A stretch of DNA of 64,000 nucleotides, from the NCBI GenBank assembly GCA_024679065.1, contig JAGIQG010000040.1:4154001-4218000 (forward strand), written 5' to 3'. The DNA is from Sphyrna mokarran (Eukaryota). The notes beneath the pieces are model-generated. The model was not told where the DNA came from. It worked only from the letters and a program-made list of their open reading frames with translations, and did not search any database. The translations under genes were made by a program, and so were the position numbers. Shown here piece after piece: positions 1 through 12,853 of this stretch; the first letter of the stretch is position 1; the number at the start of each line of letters is the position of its first letter.

Positions 1-2650
1 CTAATGTCGAACAACAAATTTCAGGACCAGCTATCGTCACATCCATCAATCCATTCACTGATTCCTCAAATAAAACATTCAGGCACCCAAATAACGTTCA
101 TCCCTATATCAAGAGAAGCAATTCGTTATTTTTTGTGTAGATGATGATGCAATATTAATGCCAGTGGACAGTAATGCAAAAGCCCAAGCCAGAGATGTAG
201 GAACACGAGATTAATTGCGATCATGGCAGCTGGTGGAATTTGATTTCAATCAATAAATCTGGACTCATACTTACAGTGACCAGATTAACCACTCTGATTC
301 CCCAATCAAGGAAATCTACCCTCCTTACTTGTAACTCCAGATAGACAGCAATATCCGTAACTGGACAATGCTTTCTGAGATGCCCAAGTACACCAGTCAG
401 TTGAAAATAAATTAAGCACAGAAAACAAATGTTTTTTCAGAGACTCCCACATCCCATGGAAGAATAAAGTGAAATAAAACACAAGCAGACTTGTTTATGT
501 AGTTTAAATTATATCACCTCTCTGAATCAACTCTCACAATCTGCCTGTATTTACTTCTATGCACCGATCATTGTGTTTGATGTATTGGAGAGATCATCAT
601 TGTTGCTAATAAGGTGCCAGAGAAGTTGGTTAGCCTTCTGTTCCTAAGAAATAGGAATCATTCATGTAGGGTTTATAACTTTAAAAATCATTAAGTTGCC
701 TCCAGTACTGTTGCTGGACAGATTTGTTTATAAATAAACCCCATTGATAATGCTAAGAGTTTGAAGTTGGCTTGCAGCCAAGTGCTCAGCGCTGAGGAAA
801 CAGATCTTCGAGTTTCTGAACAAACACCCTCAGATGCTTCCTGGAAATATCTTCGGGTAGTTGGCAGCAGGCTGGACTGCTGCCAAATACTGCATGGGAC
901 AGATTAACGTGAATATTAAGAATAAAACGAGACTTAACCAGTTATACAATAAATGATTGATTCCCACAAGAAAGACGCCTTTTAAATTGCATTCATTCCA
1001 AGCAAATATTTTAAATGAATGCACGGCTCATTATGTGACCAAACAGTGTCAGAAACTAGAAAATTTGTAGGTGCTATTCAATTGTATAACTTCCAAATAA
1101 ATGTCCTTTCAACAATTAAAACCACTTTTTGAGCGACTTCGTGAAGTGCACGAAAGACATGTTGATGTCCCCAATCCCTCAGTCCAATAACATCAGTGTA
1201 ATGGAGCAAAAATGAAAATAATTAAAAGCAAAAACAGTCGCATAACTGCCTTGAACAACGAGGATTCCTGGAATACTCTCAGTCTTCTGCCCCTTATTAA
1301 AAAAAAAGTCTCTTGTACCTGAGTGCCATGTTCTGTTGTGCAGAATCATCTGATTTCGATTATTTAACAGTACCTCTCAGATCTGCCAATCTGTAAAGAA
1401 ATGACCAGTTCATAACCTAGTTCAACCAAATTAAAATATTTATTCTTGTGTTATTGTGCAATATGTCGCAAAATCCTGATGTCTGTGCTCCCATTACTAG
1501 TGAATGTTAGGCAGCTAGTGACTAATAAAATGAGCTGCAATAATTTGGATGCTGATTTTCCTTGTCCATTTTGATTCATTACATTCTCTGTCAAGTATCA
1601 ATTTCAATTTATATTTCTCTGTTAACTCAATTAATTATAAGCGAACCAGATTTCTTTTACCGTTAATTTTCACAGGGTCAAGGGACTTCTGGAGAAATAT
1701 AAGGTGTAACATTGTATCATGTGACATTTTCTTTTTTTAAAATTCATTCGTGGGCGGCACGGTGACACGGTTGTTAACATTTCTGCCTCACAACGCCAGG
1801 GACCCGGGTTCAATTCCCTGTTTGTGTCTCTGTGGAATCTGCACATTCTCCAATTGTCTGCCTATTTACTCATACGGGCCAAGAATTTACTGCTTAGGCT
1901 GATTGGCGATGACAATTTGTCCCGTGGTATCAAGGAAATTAGCAAGGAATATAAGAGGGATGATGGGCATAGGGCGTGAGTGGGAATGGTGTTCGACCCG
2001 ATTGGCCAAAAAGCCTTCTTCTGCTCTGCAGAGACTCTATGGACCTGGGTGCTGCTGGATGATCAGCATTTATTACCCACCCGTTATCCGAGGGCAGCTG
2101 AGAGCCAACTACAGTAAATAGACTCTGGATTCACATGCAGGCCAAACCAAGTAAGGGCAACAGATTCCCTTCGCCAAAAGACATTAGAGAATCAGATAGA
2201 TTTTTACACAATCAGCAACGATACCATGTTCATAAGTAGATTCTTAATTCCAAATGTTTTTATTGAATTGAAATTCCACCTTCTGCCGTGGTGGGAATCG
2301 AAGCTGGGTCCTGACATTAGTTGAGATTGTGGATTAATTGTCTAGCGATAAAAACATTAGACCATTGTTTCCATTCTTCTTATATCGAGTCCCAAGTAAC
2401 AGTGATAGCTATCCACACCTGAAATACAATAAATCAATAACAATTTCTCTAATGAATTATATTTTTGCTGCGATATGTTAGAGACACAGAATTATTGCAA
2501 ATCAGATCGGCGTTTTTACCCTCATAAGGCAATGTCATCTTATTTATGTCTATTCCCTTGTGGAGAGATGGATAAATGAAGAGACTTAATTTACAATGAA
2601 TTTTTTTTTTACATAACAGAGGCTCAAATGCAATTTCACCTCTTAGACCA
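1..2650 (+). repeat. Diverged duplicate of the VH 5' flank (paralogous to ~8845-10810)
   Basis: Collinear matching blocks, e.g. aatccattcactgattcctcaa (~49) vs aatccattcaatgattcctcaa (~8890); tccagtactgttgctgg (701 vs 9440); ttattcttgtg.tattgtgcaat (1440 vs 10180); agtgatagc.atccacac (2401 vs 10516). Confidence 0.8.
1751..2040 (+). mobile_element. tRNA-derived SINE (shark HE1-like)
   Basis: 5' gggcggcacggtg...gcctcacaacgccagggacccgggttcaattcc with pol III A/B-box-like head; absent from the paralogous flank; family recurs throughout the window. Confidence 0.75.
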
Positions 2651-3104
2651 GGAGAGGCATGACAATGGATCTGACTGTTATTGCCTCAGCATTAGTCTAT
2701 CTCTGAAATATCAAAGTGTCAACAATCAATTCATCGGGAATAATCCTCTGGGTTTATGATTTACTTGATTTGGTTTCAGTTGATTTATTATTGTCATGCT
2801 TATTAATACACAGTGAAAATTATTGTTTCTTGTGCACTATACAGGGACAGCATACTGTTCATGGAGAAAGAAACGGAAGAGTGCAGAATATCGTGTTGCA
2901 GTCGTAGCTAGGATGTAGAAAAAGATCAACTTAATGCCAGGTAGGTCCATTCAAAAGTCTGATTGCAGCAGGGAATAAGTTGTTTAATAATCAGTTTGTA
3001 CGTGCCCTCATACTTTTGTATCTTGTTCCCGATATAAAAAGTTGAGAGAGTATGTACAGGGTGTGTGGCGTTTTGTTTTCACCTTTTAAAAAATACTTTT
3101 GCAG

Positions 3105-3545
3105 GTATCGAATGGGTGGTTATATTGACTCAGCCAGAGGCAGAACCCTGAGGCTCCCTGACACTGAGCTGTAAAGCCAATGCGTTGATATTGGCAGCAA
3201 CTGGATGTCCCACAGATCCCTGGACAATGTTTATAGTGTCTTCTTCAGAGGATTGTCTTGGATCAACAGATAATTCCTCTGCCCTAGGGATTCAAAATCA
3301 ATTTACTCCTCCCAAAGACACTTAACACACATTTTGAGTCCAGATGACCCTTTGTCAAAGCTTTGTCAGAAGGTCATCTAGACTTCAAACGTCAACTCTT
3401 TTCTCTCCTTACATATATTACCAGGCCTGCTGAGATTTTCCCGGCATTTTCTCTTTTGGTTTCAATTCCCGAATCCGGGGTAATTTACTTTTGTCCCTCA
3501 AACAACATCGTCTGTTTGGAAGTAACGTGAAAATCGAATGTTCCT
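3105..3545 (+). pseudogene. IGHV: Decayed IgH VH pseudogene lacking leader and RSS, interrupted by an insertion at ~3325-3497
   Basis: Acceptor ttttgcag then ttgactcagccagaggcaga, identical to the functional VH; ggctccctgacactgagctgtaaa; aaagacactt...[insert]...tcaaacaacatc; deletions and frameshifts. Confidence 0.8.
3325..3497. mobile_element. Fold-back repeat element inserted in the pseudo-VH (same family as 7595-8110, 35065-35160, 51740-51970)
   Basis: gtccagatgaccctttgtcaaagctttgtcagaaggtcatctagac hairpin plus cctgctgagattttcc motif shared with other copies. Confidence 0.6.
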
Positions 3546-4439
3546 ATCTTCCCCCTGTCTGTCCTACAGTTCCACTGTGAAGAATGTGATGTTTCGCCAC
3601 GACTGAAATTGCCCAGTTGTATCAAAGCTGCTACTGGAAAGTCAAACAATGAAATCATCCAGAGGGCAGATTTCAACAACGTGGCTCACAATCGCCTTCT
3701 CAGCAGGGACAATTAATATTCGCTTTGGCAGTGATGCTCACATCCAGAGGATCAATAACAACAGTGCAAAGTGCTGCAGATTCCGGAAATCGAAAACTAA
3801 AACAACAGAAGTGCTTCTCAGCATCTCAATGGACATCAGCAGAGAGAGAACCAGATTCACATTTAAGATCGATGCAAAATCTCTTGATATAATTATGAAG
3901 AGCAAGGCTATCCTGCCCAAATCCTACCCAAACCCTCATCCTTCAAATAAACTCGCAAATTTGTCACATCTTGGTTTGTGGAGGGAAGTTGTACGCAAAT
4001 TCCAATATTACAGCAGTAACTAAATTCAACAAAGGTACATCAGTGAGCTTCAAGAAGGTCGGCACGGCACGAGAACGGATAAGGTGATCCATAAATGTAA
4101 GTTCCACCAAAATGAAAGTTGTAATTCTTTGGTTGCTCTAAGATTAATCTGAATATCGCCGCTCTTCTGCCTGATCATAGCAGCATAAAATCATTAACAT
4201 CTCTACAGTTCAAAGGGAGACCAATCCGTCCAGCAGTGGTTCTTCAGCAGAGAACCTGGGCCCAGTCTTTACCGTATCCCGACAATGACACATATTCACA
4301 GGTTAACCCCACGATCCTACACATCGTTGGACACTGACAGGAAATTTCGCATAGGCAATCCACCGTGGGCCTCGGAAGGATGCTTTGCTGGATAGCTGGT
4401 AAAGACCTGATGAACCGAATGATCCCCTTCTGTACTTTA

Positions 4440-4650
4440 GGGATTCTATGATTCTAAGTTGCACATTACTGGACGCTAAGCGGCAATTTTCACAGCCAAT
4501 CCACCTAAACTGCACATTTTGGGACTGTGAAAGGGAACCCGGAGGAAACGCACATGGATATGGTAGAATGTGAAAATCACACACACAGTTTCCCAGGGTT
4601 GGAATCGAACCCATTTCCCTGTCGCCTGTGAAGCAGCAAAGCTAATTGTA
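4440..4650 (-). mobile_element. tRNA-derived SINE, degraded
   Basis: Reverse complement of the SINE body: gccaatccacctaaactgcacatttttgggactgtgaaagggaacccggaggaaac. Confidence 0.65.
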
Positions 4651-6852
4651 TCTTTTAGTGATAACCACACTGGGTTTTATATTCTCCCTCGTGTGAGTCT
4701 GATCACTATTTATGAAGGAATGCTTCAGACATCAGATCTGTTTTTTTTTATTTGACTAGTTTAGTTTAAACAGATTAAATTTTCAATCAAATTAACATTC
4801 AGTGGAATATCTGCCTGTTCATATATGCTTTATTAATTGTGACATCAGAACTTTCAGAACTAATTCTGAAATGGAATGTACCTTTTTTTAAGTAAATACA
4901 ACTGGTATAATGAATGTTCAAAAAGTTTCTATTCATTTTGAACCATCTGTTAATTTTCTTAAAATAAACCACTATTTTGAATTGAAATTGATCAACAAGT
5001 GACGGTTTATTTGGTTTTGCAGTTATGAACATTTCACTGTAAACAGTGAGGTATTTATGTAAATAAATGCAAAAATAGAAATTCCGAATTAGATTGTTGA
5101 CTACAAAGACACAACAAATATTTCCCCACCAACATAGCACAAAAATAGAGACAGCCATGCAAATCAATCAACGGATTCCAGTAATGATCGTTTTTCAATA
5201 TTATTTATTAATAATAAATATTATTAGAAGTTAGGTGAGGAAAAACATCATGATGATATCTATGTTCAGAATTAGGAAATAATCCCTCTGATCCCGAAAT
5301 ATAATGACACGGCAAATGTGTTTGTGTTAAATTCCTGTGTTGCATCTCTTTCTCTGAATTTCTCCTGTCTAGTTCTATGTCTTGTCTCTTCACGTCTTCA
5401 CTCCCCAGCATAAAGTCAATATCTGTGCAATGTATAATCTCAGCCAGAGTTATAGGTTTCTGAAAGAATTCAATTCAATAATCTAGGATCCGTGAGTGAA
5501 ATTTACTCTAAATAATCCCTTGAGCAGTCTATGAACTTGGAATATCTGATGCATTTTCTGCCATATTCAACCTCGGTTGTACCTAGTGATGGGACTGGTT
5601 CAAAGCCCATGACATTTACAGACGGCCGTCTTTCCCATCAAAAACCTATAGGACAGTAGTAACATGGGGTTAGCTGCAAGATGCAAAATTCCCTCCGCAT
5701 TGCCAAATTAAACACTCCCAAGGCAGGAATAGCATGAGTTACATTCAAAGTGAATCTCCCTCTACATTATCGAAATCAAACATTCCCAGAAGAGTATACA
5801 GTGGTGAATGTTCTGAGGGAGTAAGAACTAAGAAACGGCCTCTTGTCAGATTACCATAAACATGATTAAGGGCAGCCGTAACTTAGAAATTATAATATTA
5901 ACAGGGCCTCTGTCTCGTATATGAACAGCTGAAATTGAGCCCAGTGTAGGAAAGAACTTAAATGGAACCTTCTGGAATGTGATCCGGGCAGAGCCAAGTG
6001 TAACACAGACAGAGCCAGAGGTGAGTTAAATATAAGCAGAGATATGATATGTTTAATATTCCTTCTATGATTTTACGTTTCTATTAAGTCAACTTGCGGT
6101 GCCAAACCATAATTTCCTTTAAGAATGTGGTGGCAAGCTTTGGGAAGCTTGAGGGTGGGGTGTTCTTCAAGACAGCTACTTTTTCCAGAATGGTATTGAA
6201 CTTTTTGAGTGGCACAAATCAGGCAAGTAGAGAATATTCAAACAGCTTTGTTGAAACAGACTTGGTGGGAAGATGGGCCTGTTCATTGCTGCACTGTGCT
6301 TTTCTCTTTGCTCATATTCCTCACTATTGCCTTGTAGATGATGGATAGGGTTTTGGAATTCAGGAGATGACCTGTTCGCCGCAGAACTCCTGGCATCTGA
6401 TCTGCTCTTATAGCCACATGATTTAAATGCCTGTTTCAGTTCAGATTTTCACGAAGCATAATGCCCAAGATGCGGATAGTGAAGGATTCTGTGCCAGTAG
6501 TGCTACTTACTATCAAGGAAGATGTTTGGAATCTCCCTTATCATCAAAATCCTACAGACTTTGGCGTGCTGACGGTATTGAATTCTTAGCGAGATTGACC
6601 AAAGTATGTTAAAGATATGGACACATACGGAACATGGAGAAGTCGTTGGCTGGATTTAGTGTTCCAACACAGTCACTACGCTGCATATCAGGAACACCCA
6701 ATCTGCAAGCAGATGATGCATTTTAAGTGCGACCTAGCAAATATCTTCCCCAGGATGCAATGACAGAGATATTTCTGAAGCTGGAGCAATGTTTTTCATT
6801 GACTTACTTTGCAAAAATTGTGATCAACTTGAATCATTTATCTTTTGTGGAA

Positions 6853-7155
6853 TGGCGGGTGCCAATTTGGCAAATGGTTGCCTCACAGCGCCAGGACCAG
6901 AGTTCGGTTCCCGGCTTGGGTCAGGGTCTGTGCGGAGTCTGTAAACTCTCCGTGTATGCATGGAATTCTTTTGGGTGCTCCACTTTTCTCCCACAATCCG
7001 AAAAGGTATGCGGGTAAAATGCACTGGCCAGGCTAAATTCTCCTTCACTGCGCCTGAACAGTCGCCGCAATGTGGCGACTCGGGGATTTTCACAGTAACT
7101 TTATTGCAGTGTTAATGTGAGCCGACATGTGACATTAATAAATAATCTTTAAACT
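6853..7155 (+). mobile_element. tRNA-derived SINE
   Basis: gcctcacagcgccaggaccagagttcggttcc head; tail cagtaactttattgcagtgttaatgt...aataaataa shared with the 53790 and 62190 copies. Confidence 0.75.
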
Positions 7156-8844
7156 TTAAATCTTCCAGCAGACAAGGAGAATACCATGCATGTTCAGAAA
7201 AAAAGTAATTATTTTCCCCAATGACCGCCCATTCACAACTCAACGAATGCATCCACCAGTTCTCATTCATTCATAAAGATATTTAACATTACCTTATGGA
7301 TGGTGGGCATACTGTCTAGGCCAGTATTTATTCCCCATTGCTAATTGCATTCTGTAAATTGGTGGGGAGCCGCCTTCTTGAACTGTTGCGAAACTTTCAG
7401 TGTAGGTATTCCCAGAATGTTGTTAAGGAGGGTGTTCACGAACCCCAACCCAGTGACAGTATAGGAACGATAATATATGTTCAAATCAGGTTGATGAGAG
7501 TCTTGGAGTGGGTTTGTTCCAATTCACCGATTATCATCAGTTCTTATAGATAAACAATTATTTCATCAATTATATTCAGCATTTTAGGAAAAAAAACAAA
7601 ATACTGCTGATCCTGGAAACTGAAACAAAAAACAATACATTCTGAAAAATCTGAACAGGTCTGACAGTACCAGTGGAGAGAGAATAGAACCATCATTTTG
7701 AGCCAGGATGACACTTTTTTATTTGGAGAAATTTGAAGAGGATGATTAAACTGGGAAATGATGAGGGCGGATAGGAATTACAAAGTTTTTTTAGGATATA
7801 GTTAGTGATTGAGGCGTTGATTAGGTTAGTTAGGGTGGAGAAGTTGACTATAATATTTGGGATCGGTATGTGAATTGACGTAACTTATATGTGGCTTGAA
7901 ATTGTATATATTATTAAACACTAACTGCTTAAACTTTTCACAGCGAAGTTATGCAGATTCTCTGACACCTTGTTAGAAATAATGATGATCTCTCCAAAGC
8001 ATCAGAAATACTCTGCCGAAGCGTCATCCAGACACGAAACATTGGCTCTATTCTGTTTCCACACATGCTGTCAGACCTGCTGCAATTTTCCAGCATTTTC
8101 TGTTTGTTTTCAATATTTCATTCTATACAACATGTAATTGTAATTGGCTTCGCATGATTTATTGGTATTAACATTTATTCAAAATATTGGTTTTTCTGTC
8201 ATGAAGGAATAAAATCTGTCCCAGAATTCAGTGAGGAATGGAATTAATTCAGACCGAGAACAATAAACAGTTACCCAGCAGCCTCTGCGCTTCATTGCCA
8301 TGTAACCACCTCCTATCACATAGAAAGCCCTTTTACATAGTTGGAGTATGTGATGATTTTCAAAATGATGATATAAATAAAACTACCTGTACCTCATGTG
8401 AAGTTACTGTATCTTTAAATCCCGATTCGTTATTACAATGTTTTGGAAAGTAACTTGAAGTTGTCCAGAGATTATCACAATATTTATGATTCTACGTTAT
8501 TTACTTTGCACCCTATTCCCATCACTAATTTGGGTAAGGACATGTTGAGTGATTTGTTGTAAATGAAAGAACCGCATGTTTCAAATATTACAATCCTCCC
8601 TCCTCAAAATAATCATGTTCCCTCTTTACATCTTGGATATGAAGATTCAGCATCAGTAGAGAAATGAACCATCCGAGCCGCAGGATTATCTCGTCCTTCT
8701 CTCCATGAGGATAAGCTTGCTAACTCCCGTTAAACTCGGGATGGATTTCACCCAGGCATTCTGGAAGAATTGGAGGTATTAGACTGACACAAATGGAATA
8801 AAGGAGCTGATTCAACTTATGGAATAATCAAGCACAAATATGTA

Positions 8845-10810
8845 AATATAGAATAGCATCTTTCAAAGACATCTATCAATGCATCAATAAATCCATTCAA
8901 TGATTCCTCAATCAAAATATTCAGGCATCAAACTATCATTCAACCAACCATCATTATTTTAAATGTCATTCATTCCCGTATCAACACAGTCATACATTTA
9001 TTGTTTGCGTAGATTGTGACATAATATTAGTTTATTTGATCCAGTGATCCAGAGGCCCAGGACAATGATGTGAAGGCAGAGATTTAATTCGGGCCATTGC
9101 AGGTGGTAGAATTTGAATTTAATTAATAGATCTTGAATAGATACTAATGGTGACCATTAGAATCTCTTTGATTCCCCAGTGGAAGAAATCTGCGATCACT
9201 ACCTGGTCGCACAAGATATGAGTCCAAACGGACAGCAAAATAGCTGACTCGTGCATGTTCCTGTATCTTCTCTCTGAGACAACTTTCAGTTTGCCTGTAA
9301 TTCTTTCTATCCATCTATCAAAATATGCTGAAAAATCATCATTGATGCTAACAGGGTGCCAGAGAAACTGCATGACTTTCCTTTCTTTCAAGATTGGAAA
9401 AATGGTCTGGATTTACAACTCCAAAAAAGTTAAATTGCTTCCAGTACTGTTGCTGGGTAGATTTGTTTATAAATAGTTCTCATTGATAACTTGAAGGGTT
9501 TTAAGTTGGCTTGCAGCCTAGCGGTCAGTACTGAGGAAACACATCTTTGATCTACTGCACAAACACCCCCAGATGTTTCCTGTCAATAACTTGGAGCATT
9601 TGACAGTAGCTTGGATTGCTGCCAAATACTGTGTGGGACAGAATCGCGTGAACCTGAATGAAAAAAATAGGATTCAGTCTTTTAAACAATAAATGTTTCA
9701 TTCCCACAAGACAGACAAATTTTAAATCATAATCATTCTAATGAGTTATTTTCATTCAATGTCCTGTTCATTATGTGAATAAATAATATCACAAAACAAT
9801 AAAGTGATCAGATGTTTTTTTATTTGTATAACTTTCGAGTCAATGCCATTCCAATAATTAAAGTCTGTTTGTTACGAAATGTTTATTATGAAATGCAAGA
9901 GAGATGTTGATGGTATCATTTCCCAGTGAATTGAAATCAGTGCAATGGCATAAAATAATATTAAAGCAACATCATAAAACTGACATGAACAACGGAGATT
10001 CCTGTAATATTGTGAAAGTGCTGCACCCCATTTAAACAGCAGCGTCTTTTGTACCTGGTTTGCACCGTGTTCTATTGTACAGTATAATCTGATCTCTGCT
10101 GTTGAGAAGTTCCTCTCATAGCTGCCAGTGAGTGGAGAAATGATCAGTTCATAACTTGGTTCAATGGAAGATAAAACGTTTATTCTTGTGATATTGTGCA
10201 ATGTGCCGCAAAATTCTAACAGCCTGTGTTCCTAATATCAGCGAATGTTCGACAGCCGGTGGCCAAGAGAGCTGCAATGATTTGGCTGCTGAAGGAGAAC
10301 TTTAATGATCTCTGTGTCCGTTCCGATTCATGAACTTCTCAATCAAAAATCGATTTAATTTTATGTTTCTCTGTCAACTCACTATTTAAATATCAGGAGG
10401 GGGAATTCTTATTATTTTAAAAGGGTTATCTTCGAGATTGGGGCAGTTTGACAAATATAAGGAGAAACATTGTGTTGTCTAAGAGTTTCTTCTCATCTCC
10501 AAACACAAATTGTATAGTGATAGCCATCCACACTGTAAATAGAATCACTTTGAATGTTCCACGCATTTAGTTACGGAAATCGATAACAATTCTTCCGATA
10601 AATTATGCTTTATTATTGTAATGTGACAGAGACCCAGAATTGCTGCAAAATAGACTGACGGCCTCTTTATTTTGGGTTATTTCATATTTTTTAGATTTGT
10701 GTTCTTATTAGGGGCGTGGTAATAAAAGTACCATATTTACAATGAAATTAGTTTTTTAAAAAATAAAGAAATGATGAAGTGCAATATCACCAACAGACAT
10801 TACAATGAAC
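8845..10810 (+). repeat. VH 5' flank, paralogous to 1-2650
   Basis: Collinear similarity to the window start. Confidence 0.75.
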
Positions 10811-10980
10811 ATATCCAGCCAAACACTACCCCGACACGGATAACATGTCCATTTTAATATTAACCTATTGTAAATCTGGGAGTCTGTTCTGTTGGGGGTG
10901 TGGAAGGTGGGACGTGGATCGAGTCGCCGCCTCCAGCAGGGAATCAACAGGCGGCGCCCGGAAAGCCGCCCCCTTTTGCT

Positions 10981-10996
10981 GGGTATTTAAATACCC
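10981..10996 (+). promoter_or_regulatory. Probable VH TATA element (TATTTAAAT) inside a perfect 16-bp palindrome
   Basis: GGGTATTTAAATACCC ~100 nt upstream of the leader ATG, preceded by a GC-rich stretch. Confidence 0.55.
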
Positions 10997-11082
10997 CTCA
11001 CTGGGACCGCAATCCAACAGTCCGGGAGCTGGTTTGTTCACGGAATTCCTGACACAAACATTTCCCTCAAATAACCAGAAAG

Positions 11083-11128
11083 ATGAGGTCAGCGATTTCT
11101 CTCAGTTTGTTGCTGACTTTCCTATCCG
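11083..11128 (+). CDS. IGHV: IgH leader exon (MRSAISLSLLLTFLS-G)
   Basis: ATG, hydrophobic signal peptide, phase-1 donor G|GTGAGT matching acceptor ttttccag at 11267. Confidence 0.93.
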
Positions 11129-11267
11129 GTGAGTAGTTTTTTTTTGTAATTGTCCAAGTCTCTCACTGTTACTGTCTCAATCTCTGTTGCCAAGTCAGCA
11201 ATCAGACTTTGATTAATCCTGAAAAAACCAGGATTAATCCACGGGGTTTTTTGATCTATTTTTCCAG

Positions 11268-11572
11268 GTGTCCAGTCGGAGGTTGTGTTGACTCAGCCAG
11301 AGGCAGAGACCGGGCTTCCCGGAGGCTCCCTGACCCTGACCTGTAAAACCAGCGGCTTCAATCTTGGCAGCTACAGCATGTACTGGGTCCGACAGGTTCC
11401 CGGACAGGGGCTGGAGTGGTTGTTGCGGTACTATAATTCATCCAGCAACAACTACGCCCCAACGATTAAGGATCGATTTACTGCGTCCAAAGACACTTCA
11501 AACAACATCTTCTCATTGAAGATGACGAGCCTGAAGACCGAAGACACCGCCATCTATTACTGTGCAAGAGAC
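11268..11572 (+). CDS. IGHV: Germline VH exon ([15 protein letters not shown]...TC...[12 protein letters not shown]...DTAIYYCAR)
   Basis: Open frame with invariant Cys/Trp/YYC of an Ig V domain, followed by an RSS. Confidence 0.97.
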
Positions 11573-11611
11573 CACAGCGAGAGGAACCAGGGATGCATCC
11601 GGACAGCAACT
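11573..11611 (+). other. VH 23-RSS (CACAGCG-23-ACAGCAACT)
   Basis: Heptamer directly after CAR-D; 23-nt spacer; nonamer 6/9 to consensus. Confidence 0.8.
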
Positions 11612-11979
11612 GCTCGAAAGGGGGTTCCGCAACTTGCATCGTAAGCTGAAGGTCAGTATCTGTTTTAAATACAATAATAATGACAGTGATTAGAACCAAA
11701 ACACAAACCAATTCTGACAAACGCAACTTAGTGAAAATTAAACATTAAACCAAAAAAAAACAGACTTAATGAGCTGAGATTTTCACTCTGTTTATATTTA
11801 CTGTTAACAGTTTCAGCAGTTACACACCTGGATATAATGTTCATTTACTATTTTTGATACTTACAGGAGGTGCTTCTAGATTGTGTTTTGTAAACTGCTG
11901 CATAAATTATAAATTAGATCGAAATAATGTTCTATTTGAAGTAAATATTGAGCGGCAGTACTGAACAGAGAGTGAGTGC

Positions 11980-12059
11980 AGTTTTTGTGCGGGTGTGTGT
12001 CACTGTGATACAGCAGTGGGTCACAGTGCTGAGCACAGCGATATCCTCATACAAAAACC
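11980..12059 (+). other. D1 segment (12008-12021, ATACAGCAGTGGGT) with 5' 12-RSS and 3' 22-nt-spacer RSS
   Basis: AGTTTTTGT-12-CACTGTG / CACAGTG-22-ACAAAAACC. Confidence 0.93.
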
Positions 12060-12371
12060 TCAGGGAAAGAGATTGTTCAAATTGGTAATCAATGCCACAG
12101 CAGGATTTCCAAACTAAACGAGGCTTCAATGAAATAATGTATCGAAGTAATATTAGTTTGTAAAAAGTATCAAAATCTTCCCGTAAAATCTACATTGACC
12201 GATGTGCTAAACCTACACATAGAGTTTAAAAGCAATCCGATATCCTTTATAAATATAATGACCAGATCAGGCTGAAATAACACACTCATTCGCTCAGGGA
12301 TCAGGTAGAATCAGGTTTTTGAGAGAGCAGTGGAATTAAATCTCTGTATTTTACAGTTAGCAGGCGGGCAC

Positions 12372-12439
12372 AGTATTTCACATGCTGTGTCTCACTGTGA
12401 TATCTGGGTGGCACAACAGTTACTGTCAATACAAAAACC
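12372..12439 (+). other. D2 segment (12400-12411, ATATCTGGGTGG) with 12/12 RSSs
   Basis: AGTATTTCA-12-CACTGTG / CACAACA-12-ACAAAAACC. Confidence 0.85.
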
Positions 12440-12766
12440 TCTCAGCAATAATTCACCGAGGCTGGGGCAGTGCTCTGTTTTACAATCCAGCATTATTTAC
12501 AATGCTGTTCTATTTATGTACCAGCACTACAAAAGTAGCGAGAATTAAGATGGAAAATTTATGATAACTATTTGATTATCAGTTAGTGTTTTCAATAACT
12601 TGATCATGTGATCCTCTGTGAAATATAAAACATTAAGGTTATTTATGTGGAGCGAATTGTATCCACCAGTGCAATAATAATTCCATGAAAATGCAGTGAT
12701 TTACTTTACCTCTGGGTTGTGAATTTTTTAAATACTGATGGATTTCTGTCTATGTTGTGCAGTGAT

Positions 12767-12805
12767 GGTTATTGTATGATCCAGCGGAGAGAATGTGACA
12801 CTGTG
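12767..12805 (+). other. JH 23-RSS
   Basis: GGTTATTGT-23-CACTGTG. Confidence 0.92.
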
Positions 12806-12853
12806 ATGTCATGGGCTACTGGGGACAAGGGACCATGGTGACGGTGACTACAG
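12806..12853 (+). CDS. IGHJ: JH segment (VMGYWGQGTMVTVTT)
   Basis: WGxG motif; phase-1 donor AG|GTAAG compatible with CH1. Confidence 0.96.

Noticed and set aside
1751-1820. tRNA gene
   Set aside because: tRNA-like head of a SINE, continuing into the SINE body
3573-3579. CACTGTG heptamer after the pseudo-VH
   Set aside because: Wrong orientation for a V RSS, and no nonamer or D/J sequence nearby
12314-12322. Extra RSS nonamer GGTTTTTGA suggesting a third D
   Set aside because: No heptamer at 12- or 23-nt spacing
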